A DNA stretch of 22,628 nt. Origin: a virus. Its lineage: Duplodnaviria > Heunggongvirae > Uroviricota > Caudoviricetes. The position numbers were made by a program, and so were the translations under genes. The notes beneath the pieces were generated by a model. The model had not been told where the DNA came from. It saw only the letters and a list, made by a program, of their open reading frames with translations, and did not search any database. Location of the stretch: IMG/VR virus record IMGVR_UViG_2861043448_000001; one strand, written 5' to 3'. Shown here one piece after another: positions 7,957-14,700 of this stretch. The first letter of the stretch is position 1, and each line of letters starts with the position of its first letter.

Positions 7957-9306
7957 TTATTCCGTTTTACATATCATAGTAGTCGATTGGAGAATATAGT
8001 TTCTGGGAATGTACTCTTCAAAGTGTTCGTCCTTTTTAAATACATGAACTACATTTGGGAATAATTGATAGTCAACAGGGTGTATAGCGTTTGGATTATG
8101 GTACATGTACATGGCTGTACACCATGGTTCTTGATAGTTAGGGTCACTTACATCGGCTGAAAATGGATGTGGGGCTGCATCCTGATCAGTTTTAACACCA
8201 CTGACGTACACTTTGAATCCACTCGCCTCTACACCTGCAAGAATTCCCATCCGGTTAAACTTAGGTATGGTTGCTTGAGTAGTGAGTAAAACGGCAGAAA
8301 CATAATTATTTTGTTCTGAGCCAAAAAAGTTCGACTTGATACTTCTATTTTCATCTGTATGTCTTTCAATAGAAATGCCTGACTCAATATCAATCCCGTA
8401 CAAATAGCTATGCAAGGCTTCGCTTGAGAAGGCCATGGACATTCTTTTTGAATAATCCTGCATTGCTATGACAAATGGTTTGTTCTTTGTATGGTTGAGT
8501 TCCCAGTAATGAACTTTCTCTGGCTCAGGGCAATGCCGGACTTTTTTTAATAAACTTCTTGCAAACTTAAAAGGCATGACATTTAGAACATGTTTTCTTA
8601 ATTCATCCATCTGTTCATCGTTAATGACTTTTCTTTCAAGAGGGGCTTCTGCTTCAGCAATGCTTACAGCCTCTACAGCAATTTCCACTCCAAATTTAGA
8701 TAGCAGAAAATCTGGTTGATTGTATTCTCTATTCATTTCAAAGTCGAGTTCATAAAATACAGCGTTCAAATATAATTCAAATAACCTTGAATTAAATGCA
8801 TCACTTTGAAAATCCCTTATAAATATTCCATCAGGATCTTTGAACCAGTATGCAAGTTCCTCAAGAACAATATATGCAGGGAAATGAAGAGGGTCTTCGA
8901 GGAGCATTTTTATATAAACATTCCTTTTTTTCGCTGGGACCTTACTCAAGAATAATGAAAAAGGTTTGGTTGATTCATCGCCTTGCATGAATGTACCATT
9001 TTGGTGCTGCGCCAGCATCTTTGGTATGTCATCGTTCAAATTATTAAGCAAGACATCCATTGAATCAAATGAAGCCAAGACGTTTATTGCTCTGAATTTT
9101 TTATCTAAATCCCGACCTAAGACTATTGCGTTAAAATCTTTATCAATATTGCATATGATTATTGTGGATAACAATGTTATCCCATTCCCCTCATATTTAA
9201 ACCAGCGTATCTCCTCAGAAAATGTCTTAAGGTAAGGTGAGCGACCGTAAAAATAAATATCAAATTGTTCTTTGCTGATCTCACTGAAGTGTAATCCTGC
9301 GTTCAT
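7957..9306 (-). CDS. Orphan 449-aa protein; a possible degenerate PD-(D/E)xK-like core; function unknown
   Basis: Long AT-rich ORF with aagga 8 nt upstream of its ATG. The segment FELYLNAVF...NQPDFLLSKFGVEIAVEAVS resembles a helix-E / PD / ExE arrangement but lacks a clear lysine. I recognise no other motif. Confidence 0.75.
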   Translation of the reverse strand: MNAGLHFSEISKEQFDIYFYGRSPYLKTFSEEIRWFKYEGNGITLLSTIIICNIDKDFNAIVLGRDLDKKFRAINVLASFDSMDVLLNNLNDDIPKMLAQHQNGTFMQGDESTKPFSLFLSKVPAKKRNVYIKMLLEDPLHFPAYIVLEELAYWFKDPDGIFIRDFQSDAFNSRLFELYLNAVFYELDFEMNREYNQPDFLLSKFGVEIAVEAVSIAEAEAPLERKVINDEQMDELRKHVLNVMPFKFARSLLKKVRHCPEPEKVHYWELNHTKNKPFVIAMQDYSKRMSMAFSSEALHSYLYGIDIESGISIERHTDENRSIKSNFFGSEQNNYVSAVLLTTQATIPKFNRMGILAGVEASGFKVYVSGVKTDQDAAPHPFSADVSDPNYQEPWCTAMYMYHNPNAIHPVDYQLFPNVVHVFKKDEHFEEYIPRNYILQSTTMICKTE

Positions 9307-9428
9307 ACCAATTCCTTTTCAATGAATAATTGGCCTTTAGGAGTGATTCCCTTTGTCTTTAATTCAGTTCTAACTAGTTCTTTAATCCAATAGCCTAAGC
9401 TCATCATGCAGTTGGATCATAAGACAAC

Positions 9429-9457
9429 GCCCTATAGTGCTCGTGATACTATAGGGC
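9429..9457. repeat. Perfect 10-bp inverted repeat with a 9-nt spacer (gccctatagt-N9-actatagggc)
   Basis: Read directly from the sequence. It lies between the divergent 449-aa gene and the recombinase gene. No T-run follows on either strand. Confidence 0.7.
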
Positions 9458-9560
9458 ATCTGACCACACTGTTAACTGGAGTAACGACTATGGCAGGAAT
9501 ACAGCATAACCAAACTCACCCCAAACTTACATAGCGCTTTCTGGCCGTGAGCATAACAAG

Positions 9561-9584
9561 GTCCACTCCTCGCTCATAAGGGAC
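9561..9584 (+). repeat. Palindromic repeat, type H1, degenerate copy D (gtccactcctcgctcataagggac)
   Basis: Keeps the termini gtcc...ggac and the core tcctcgctc. The palindrome is weakened to 4 bp. Confidence 0.6.
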
Positions 9585-9587
9585 AAC

Positions 9588-9626
9588 CATACTCAAATCT
9601 CCCACATTGCAGGAGATTTGAGTATG
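9588..9626 (+). promoter_or_regulatory. Perfect 15-bp inverted repeat (catactcaaatctcc-N9-ggagatttgagtatg) enclosing the recombinase SD and ATG
   Basis: The right arm contains GGAG (9612-9615) and the ATG at 9624-9626. It could be an RBS-sequestering hairpin in read-through transcripts, or a lox/FRT-style core site. Confidence 0.65.
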
Positions 9627-10226
9627 AACACGTCACCGTGGAACAAAGACCGTATCATAGGCCAAAAAAGACCACTTCAGATATCTCATATCTGGGGTAT
9701 CCGAATCCGACTTGAACTGGAAGGTAAAACTCGCGATTTAGCTCTGTTCAACATGGCCCTGGATAGTAAGCTTCGAGGCTGTGATCTGGTCAAACTCAAA
9801 GTATCTGATGTTGCATATGGTGGCTCTGTTTCAAGCAGAGCAACGGTGTTGCAACAGAAAACCGGTAGCCCTGTTCAATTTGAGATAACCAAAGGGACAA
9901 GAGAAGCTGTTGCTGCATTGATACAGCTTAGCAATTTGCACAGTAAAGACTTCTTGTTTCGGTCTAGGGTCGGAACTAACCAGCACATTTCAACCCGGCA
10001 ATACAACCGAATCTTTCATGGGGGGGTAGAAAAGCTTGGTCTCGAAGATTCGCTTTACAGCACACATTCCATGAGAAGAACAAAACCTTACCTGATCTAC
10101 AAGAAAACCAAGAATCTCCGGGTGATCCAACTTCTGTTGGGTCATAAGAAACTGGAAAGCACAGTCCGTTATCTGGGCATTGAAGTCGATGATGCGTTAG
10201 AGATTTCTGAATCGATTGAAGTCTAA
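9624..10226 (+). CDS. Mini tyrosine recombinase (catalytic domain only, ~200 aa)
   Basis: Catalytic signature occurs in order: DSKLRGCDL (R), LQQKTG (K), HSMRRT (HxxR), LLGHKK (H), VRYLG (Y). The ATG at 9624 sits 8 nt after aggag. The track start at 9618 is a TTG. Confidence 0.85.
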   Translation: MNTSPWNKDRIIGQKRPLQISHIWGIRIRLELEGKTRDLALFNMALDSKLRGCDLVKLKVSDVAYGGSVSSRATVLQQKTGSPVQFEITKGTREAVAALIQLSNLHSKDFLFRSRVGTNQHISTRQYNRIFHGGVEKLGLEDSLYSTHSMRRTKPYLIYKKTKNLRVIQLLLGHKKLESTVRYLGIEVDDALEISESIEV

Positions 10227-10232
10227 GGTTGT

Positions 10233-10254
10233 CAGGGCTGCAACAGCAGCCCTG
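10233..10254 (+). terminator. GC-rich hairpin after the recombinase gene (cagggctgc-aaca-gcagccctg); no T-run
   Basis: 9-bp perfect stem beginning 7 nt after the stop codon. The lack of a U-tract makes intrinsic termination uncertain. Confidence 0.3.
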
Positions 10255-10585
10255 TGCCATAAGCGGAAGTATTTAACAACTATCAGTGTTGTTCAACAGA
10301 TAAAGGGGCACTTGATTTTTTCTGTTCTCAGGAAATGATAAAAGCGCGTCGGTTCAAGCCTGCTTAACGGGAGTTTGTTAATCCTGTTGCCGTGACGTTT
10401 TGACACCATTATGATGGGGAGACACTTAATGTATGAAGGTTCCGCCACTTATACCTGTCCAACAACTGCCTCGGATGTTTCTTTGTATGAATAAGTGGTA
10501 ATGAGTAGTGAATCGCTAACAGTCACCCGAACAATCGGTGCCTGCAATTAATTCTATATTCTAAACGAGGGGGAGATTATTACAC

Positions 10586-11566
10586 ATGAAATTTAAGGAC
10601 AAGAACCTTAAGGCTCTCGCGGAATGTATCATAGGAGATAATAAGGCATTTCTGTATCGTTCAAGCAGTCACATCACTGAATTTTTCCAGGACTGCGGCA
10701 TGGATGTTACTCATGACGGATCCACTCGGTGGAAATGGACGGCCCAGAGGCTTGAAGAACTTCTTTATGAGCCACAGTCAAAGCCACATACTTTGCCGGA
10801 AAGGTTTGTTCATGTGCTCAGAACTTTAATGTTAAAAGAAGATGCAATGGATGACGATCCAGGAAGATTAAAGGCGCTTGAAGAACTGAACAAGCCTTTG
10901 ATGCGGGAAGGCTATGAGGCATTCTATGGTGACGATCGCCTTTTGTATATACGCCATACCGATACCAAAACGGTTTCAGTCAGTAATAACCCTCATCGGC
11001 CCTTAACGCCTCACGAAGTAGAATGCAGAAGGTTACTGACCGCGTTTCTTGATACCTGCTCAGAAGATGAGTTAATAGAAGATATTCTCCTTCCTTTATT
11101 CCGGCAACTTGGTTTTCACCGGATAACAGCAGTGGGACATAAAGATAAAGCGCTGGAATACGGGAAAGACATCTGGATGAAGTTCACACTGCCAACTCAG
11201 CATGTTCTTTATTTCGGCATTCAGGCAAAAAAAGGTAAGTTGGATGCGTCCGGTGCCAGCAAATCTACGAATTCAAACGTGGCAGAAATCTTCAACCAGG
11301 TACTGATGATGCTTGGCCATGAAATATTTGACCCAGAAACAAATAGAAAGGTGCTGGTAGATCATGCCTTTATCGTTGCTGGCGGAGAAATTACTAAACA
11401 GGCGAGGAACTGGCTGGGCGGGAAACTTGATGCCAGCAAAAGAAGCCAGATAATATTTATGGACCGGGAAGACATTCTTAATTTATATACTGTAAGTAAT
11501 GTACCTCTGCCAACAGGTGCTCTCATCTCTGATGATGCCGTTAAGAACGATGATATTCCTTTCTAA
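10586..11566 (+). CDS. Two-domain protein: unknown N-terminal domain plus C-terminal Mrr-like restriction-endonuclease-fold (D...QxK) domain
   Basis: 326-codon ORF with a gagggggag SD. The C-terminal half reads ELIEDILLPLFRQLGFHRITAVGH..EYGKDIWMKF..LYFGIQAKKGK...AFIVAGGEITKQA. This matches the Mrr_cat layout of helix, G-x-D-I, then (Q/E)xK. Confidence 0.75.
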   Translation: MKFKDKNLKALAECIIGDNKAFLYRSSSHITEFFQDCGMDVTHDGSTRWKWTAQRLEELLYEPQSKPHTLPERFVHVLRTLMLKEDAMDDDPGRLKALEELNKPLMREGYEAFYGDDRLLYIRHTDTKTVSVSNNPHRPLTPHEVECRRLLTAFLDTCSEDELIEDILLPLFRQLGFHRITAVGHKDKALEYGKDIWMKFTLPTQHVLYFGIQAKKGKLDASGASKSTNSNVAEIFNQVLMMLGHEIFDPETNRKVLVDHAFIVAGGEITKQARNWLGGKLDASKRSQIIFMDREDILNLYTVSNVPLPTGALISDDAVKNDDIPF

Positions 11567-11790
11567 TCAGAAGTACGTCTTTTTCTGAAAGAATACGTGA
11601 TAGGTAGCCACACCACACCTTTAGTGACCCCTTAATCTGGTAATATAACAGCCCGTATGAATGTCCGCGGCATCGCGGGCTGAAATTTATTAAAAATACT
11701 TATTCATCAAGCTGGAGTAGTTTGCCGAGTAACTGTAAACGCCCAACTTAACCGGACCATTCACTTTTAGATTGCTACCAGCAAACCAAC

Positions 11791-11814
11791 TTCCGTTTCT
11801 CGCTCAAAGCGGAC
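11791..11814 (+). repeat. Palindromic repeat, type H1, copy C (ttccgtttctcgctcaaagcggac)
   Basis: 20 of 24 positions match copy B1. Same orientation. It lies at the right edge of the island. Confidence 0.7.
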
Positions 11815-11993
11815 TAGAAGGTTAGCTTGCGTCGGACTTGGCGTATTTAAAGAAGTGCTGGTGGTAACTGGTTGTTGTGTTCCATTTCTACAAAACAAAA
11901 TCACAGAAACTATACCCAATAGTTATATTGAATCAATGATGAGACAGCCTCATATTTATCAGAACTGGTGTACGTCCAATACAGGAGGTTGTC

Positions 11994-12083
11994 GTGCTGG
12001 TTCTCAAATATGCGCTAGCTATTGCGGCTGTAATGGCAATTTATTGTCTTGCTATTGTTCTTACGGATCGCCTTTCTGATTGA
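11994..12083 (+). CDS. 29-codon hydrophobic peptide ORF (MLVLKYALAIAAVMAIYCLAIVLTDRLSD); candidate small membrane or toxin-like peptide
   Basis: GTG start 5 nt after a strong aggagg at 11983-11988. Predicted single TM helix with a charged tail. Too short for the six-frame track. It overlaps the Cys-rich 74-aa track ORF in another frame. Confidence 0.4.
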   Translation: MLVLKYALAIAAVMAIYCLAIVLTDRLSD

Positions 12084-12090
12084 TTTTATA

Positions 12091-12119
12091 TTGGCGAGGT
12101 GACGGGAGTTAAGTAGAAT
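12091..12119 (+). promoter_or_regulatory. Candidate hok mRNA promoter (TTGGCG-17 nt-TAGAAT)
   Basis: Hexamers at 12091-12096 and 12114-12119. The predicted start lies just before the 5' element gcgggtgcttgagg, which is complementary to the mRNA 3' end. Confidence 0.45.
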
Positions 12120-12171
12120 TGCTGCGGGTGCTTGAGGCTATCTGCCTCAGGCATGAACACCAAAGGCAGAT

Positions 12172-12246
12172 AGAGAAAAGCCCCAGTTAACATTACGCGT
12201 CCTGCAAGACGTTTAACATTAATCTGAGGCTCAATCTATGAACGGC
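12172..12246 (-). ncRNA. sok: Sok-like antisense RNA of the hok locus (ends approximate)
   Basis: The minus strand has TTGCCT-17 nt-TAACCT (plus-strand coordinates 12281-12276 and 12258-12253). The predicted transcript covers the mok start region and folds into a long imperfect hairpin ending ctggggcuuuucucu. This matches the R1 hok/sok layout. Confidence 0.5.
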
Positions 12247-12450
12247 AAATCTAGGTTAGCCTCTTACGTGCCGAAAGGCAAGGAGAAGCAGGCTATGAAG
12301 CAGCAAAAGGCGATGTTAATCGCCCTGATCGTCATCTGTTTAACCGTCATAATGACGGCACTGGTAACGAGGAAAGACCTCTGCGAGGTACGAATCCGAA
12401 CCGGCCAGACGGAGGTCGCTGTCTTCACAGCTTACGAACCTGAGGAGTAA
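12238..12450 (+). CDS. mok: Mok-like reading frame (in-frame N-terminal extension of Hok)
   Basis: 70-codon ORF containing the Hok sequence, as in the chromosomal mokC/hokC arrangement. Confidence 0.6.
   Translation: MNGKSRLASYVPKGKEKQAMKQQKAMLIALIVICLTVIMTALVTRKDLCEVRIRTGQTEVAVFTAYEPEE
12295..12450 (+). CDS. hokD: Hok/Gef family type I toxin (closest to my recollection of HokD/RelF)
   Basis: MKQQKAMLIALIVICLTVIMTALVTRKDLCEVRIRTGQTEVAVFTAYEPEE is the classic Hok signature. An aggag SD lies at 12281-12285. Confidence 0.9.
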   Translation: MKQQKAMLIALIVICLTVIMTALVTRKDLCEVRIRTGQTEVAVFTAYEPEE

Positions 12451-12518
12451 GAGACCAGGCGGGGGAGAATCCCTCGCCACCTCTGATGTGTCAGGCATCC
12501 TCAACGCACCCGCACTTA

Positions 12519-12547
12519 ACCCGCTTCGGCGGGTTTTTGTTTTTATT
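12519..12547 (+). terminator. Rho-independent terminator of the hok mRNA
   Basis: Stem acccgc-ttcg-gcgggt followed by tttttgttttt. Confidence 0.8.
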
Positions 12548-12665
12548 TTCAACGCGTTTGAAGTTCTGGACGGTGCCGGAATAGAATCAAAAATACTTAA
12601 GTAGCGCGCAGGGATAAGAGGGATGGTCCCTTAAAGGGGAGAGCTAATTATCCGGAAGGATTCTG

Positions 12666-12917
12666 ATGATGAACATCGAAGAACTGCGTAAAATTTTTTG
12701 TGAAGATGGCCTCTATGCTGTGTGCGTTGAAAATGGAAATCTTGTTAGTCATTACCGCATTATGTGTTTGCGAAAGAATGGGGCTGCGTTAATTAATTTT
12801 GTGGATGGTCGAGTGACAGACGGATTTATCTTGCGCGAAGGTGAGTTTGTCACTTCATTACAGGCACTGAAAGAGATTGGAATAAAAGCAGGCTTTTCAG
12901 CTTTTGCAGAAGAATAA
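12666..12917 (+). CDS. rem: Rem-like small protein (Qin prophage rem homologue by position and size)
   Basis: 83-codon ORF immediately downstream of hokD, as in Qin. A ggaagga SD precedes it. Identity is assigned from recollection. Confidence 0.6.
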   Translation: MMNIEELRKIFCEDGLYAVCVENGNLVSHYRIMCLRKNGAALINFVDGRVTDGFILREGEFVTSLQALKEIGIKAGFSAFAEE

Positions 12918-12983
12918 ACTCATCTACAATCTTGCGCGGGGCTGAACTCCCGCTGAGTAACACCGTGCCACCGGAGAAAACCG

Positions 12984-13262
12984 ATGGCACGCAACGTAAA
13001 ATATTACAATTCTGATAATTCGCCCGTTCTTGCCTGCACGCACGAGCGGTATTCTCACGCATTCAAGTCTGAATGGTTCCAGCACCCTCCATGCACTGAA
13101 GAGCAGGCTGAATGGATAATTCAGTGTTACCGCAGGCGCGGATACGAGGTTAAGAAAGCTCTTAGTCTCGACTACCGTCACTGGATAATCTCAGTCAGAT
13201 TGCCTTACTCCGAACGCCCACCGCGTCCGTCCCGTACATTCCAGCAACGCATCTGGAGGTAA
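12984..13262 (+). CDS. Hypothetical nin-region protein
   Basis: 92-codon ORF with a ggagaaaacc SD. Its stop lies 1 nt before the GTG of the next gene. Confidence 0.6.
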   Translation: MARNVKYYNSDNSPVLACTHERYSHAFKSEWFQHPPCTEEQAEWIIQCYRRRGYEVKKALSLDYRHWIISVRLPYSERPPRPSRTFQQRIWR

Positions 13263-13263
13263 C

Positions 13264-14313
13264 GTGCGGGTATTACTTCGACCTGTTCTGGTACCGGAAC
13301 TCGGGCTGGTGGTCGTTAAGCCGGGCCGTGAATCCATGCCGGTATTCCACAATACCCGGGTACTGGTGGAGCCGGAACCGAAAAGCATGCGTAATCTGCC
13401 GTCCGGGGTCGTTCCTGCCGTTCGCCAGCCGCTGGTGGAAGACAAAACATTGCTGCCGTTTTTCAGTAACGCACGGGTAATTCGTGCTGCTGGTGGTGCT
13501 GGTGCATTGTCTGACTGGCTGTTGCGCCATATTAAATCCTGCCAGTGGCCACACGGCGATTATCATCACAGCGAAACCGTCATTCACCGTTATGGTACCG
13601 GCGCAATGGTGTTGTGCTGGCACTGCGACAACCAGCTGCGTGACCAGACATCCGAATCACTCGAGCAACTTGCTCATCAAAACCTGTCAGCATGGATGAT
13701 TGACGTCATCGGTCACGCAATAAGCGGTACGCAGGAGCGTGAATTATCTTTGGCTGAATTATCCTGGTGGGCGGTCCGCAATCAGGTGGCGGACGCGCTA
13801 CCGGAAGCGGTATTACGTGGTTCGCTGGGGTTGCGTGCGGAAAAAATCCGCTCAATGTACCGTGAAAGCGACATCGTACCGGGAGAGCAGACCGCCAACA
13901 GCATACTGAAACAGCGCACAAAAAATCTTGCGCCGCTGCCTCACGCCCACCAGCAACAGAACCCACCACAGGAAAAGACGGTGGTCAGCATTGCCGTTGA
14001 TCCTGAGTCTCCGGAATCTTTCATGAAACGACCTAAACGTCGCCGCTGGGTTAACGAGAAATACACACGCTGGGTGAAGACACAGCCGTGTGCGTGTTGT
14101 GGTAAGCCAGCCGACGATCCCCATCACCTGATTGGTCATGGTCAGGGCGGAATGGGGACAAAATCTCACGATATTTTCACGCTACCGCTGTGTCGGGAGC
14201 ATCACAACGAGCTTCATGCGGATCCTCTGGCGTTCGAAGAAAAGCATGGTTCTCAGGTTGATTTAATTTTTCGTTTTCTTGATCACGCCTTTGCAACTGG
14301 CGTGCTTGGGTAA
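13264..14313 (+). CDS. ydfU: DUF968/YdfU-family protein with a C-terminal HNH-like Cys/His motif
   Basis: 349 codons. GTG start after ggaggtaac. The C-terminus reads CACCGKPADDPHHLIGHGQGGMGTKSHD...LCREHHNELH. Confidence 0.8.
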   Translation: MRVLLRPVLVPELGLVVVKPGRESMPVFHNTRVLVEPEPKSMRNLPSGVVPAVRQPLVEDKTLLPFFSNARVIRAAGGAGALSDWLLRHIKSCQWPHGDYHHSETVIHRYGTGAMVLCWHCDNQLRDQTSESLEQLAHQNLSAWMIDVIGHAISGTQERELSLAELSWWAVRNQVADALPEAVLRGSLGLRAEKIRSMYRESDIVPGEQTANSILKQRTKNLAPLPHAHQQQNPPQEKTVVSIAVDPESPESFMKRPKRRRWVNEKYTRWVKTQPCACCGKPADDPHHLIGHGQGGMGTKSHDIFTLPLCREHHNELHADPLAFEEKHGSQVDLIFRFLDHAFATGVLG

Positions 14314-14325
14314 AAGAGGTGACTG

Positions 14326-14700
14326 ATGCTCATAGATTTGGTTTTACCTTACCCGCCGACGGTGAACACTTACTGGCGACGCCGTGGCAGCACATATTTT
14401 ATCTCGGAGGAGGGAAAGCGTTATCGCCGGGCTGTGGCGCTTATTGTTCGCCAGCAGCGGCTGAAATTAAGCCTGTCCGGAAGGCTGGCGATAAAGGTGA
14501 TTGCAGAGCCACCGGATAAGCGTCGTCGCGACCTGGACAATATCCTGAAAGCACCGCTGGATGCGCTGACGCATGCGGGAGTGTTAATGGACGATGAGCA
14601 GTTTGATGAAATCAATATCGTTCGTGGTCAGCCAGTATCTGGTGGACGTCTGGGGGTGAAGATTTACCCCATAATGCATGAAGAGCAGGTCAAAAAATGA
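14326..14700 (+). CDS. rusA: RusA-family Holliday junction resolvase
   Basis: 124 codons. Contains YPPTVNTYW and PDKRRRDLDNILKAPLDALTHAGVLMDDEQ, which are RusA catalytic-region signatures. Confidence 0.9.
   Translation: MLIDLVLPYPPTVNTYWRRRGSTYFISEEGKRYRRAVALIVRQQRLKLSLSGRLAIKVIAEPPDKRRRDLDNILKAPLDALTHAGVLMDDEQFDEINIVRGQPVSGGRLGVKIYPIMHEEQVKK

Larger units (their letters stand above)
6340..11860. other. Accessory (moron/defence-like) island inserted between the replication and nin modules
   Basis: Composition shifts abruptly: 6465-9306 is visibly AT-rich by eye. Gene orientation is opposite to the phage early-right transcription. Cargo is three nuclease-type or orphan genes plus a mini recombinase. 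The island is bounded and subdivided by a shared palindromic repeat family. Confidence 0.7.

Noticed and set aside
6340-11860. Retron, DGR or CRISPR-Cas explanation for the repeats in the island
   Set aside because: No reverse transcriptase or cas-like ORF is present. The repeats are five dispersed palindromes separated by whole genes, not a regularly spaced repeat-spacer array.
11855-12079. 74-aa Cys-rich ORF (GTG start)
   Set aside because: It has no SD. A 29-codon ORF in another frame, with a strong aggagg-N5-GTG, better explains the only translation signal here. The Cys-rich frame looks like a chance product of GC/TG-rich codons.
13273-14169. Antisense and alternative-frame ORFs overlapping ydfU (116, 71, 87 and 105 aa)
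   Set aside because: The ydfU frame carries a recognisable DUF968/HNH-like motif and coupled start/stop signals. The others are shadows.
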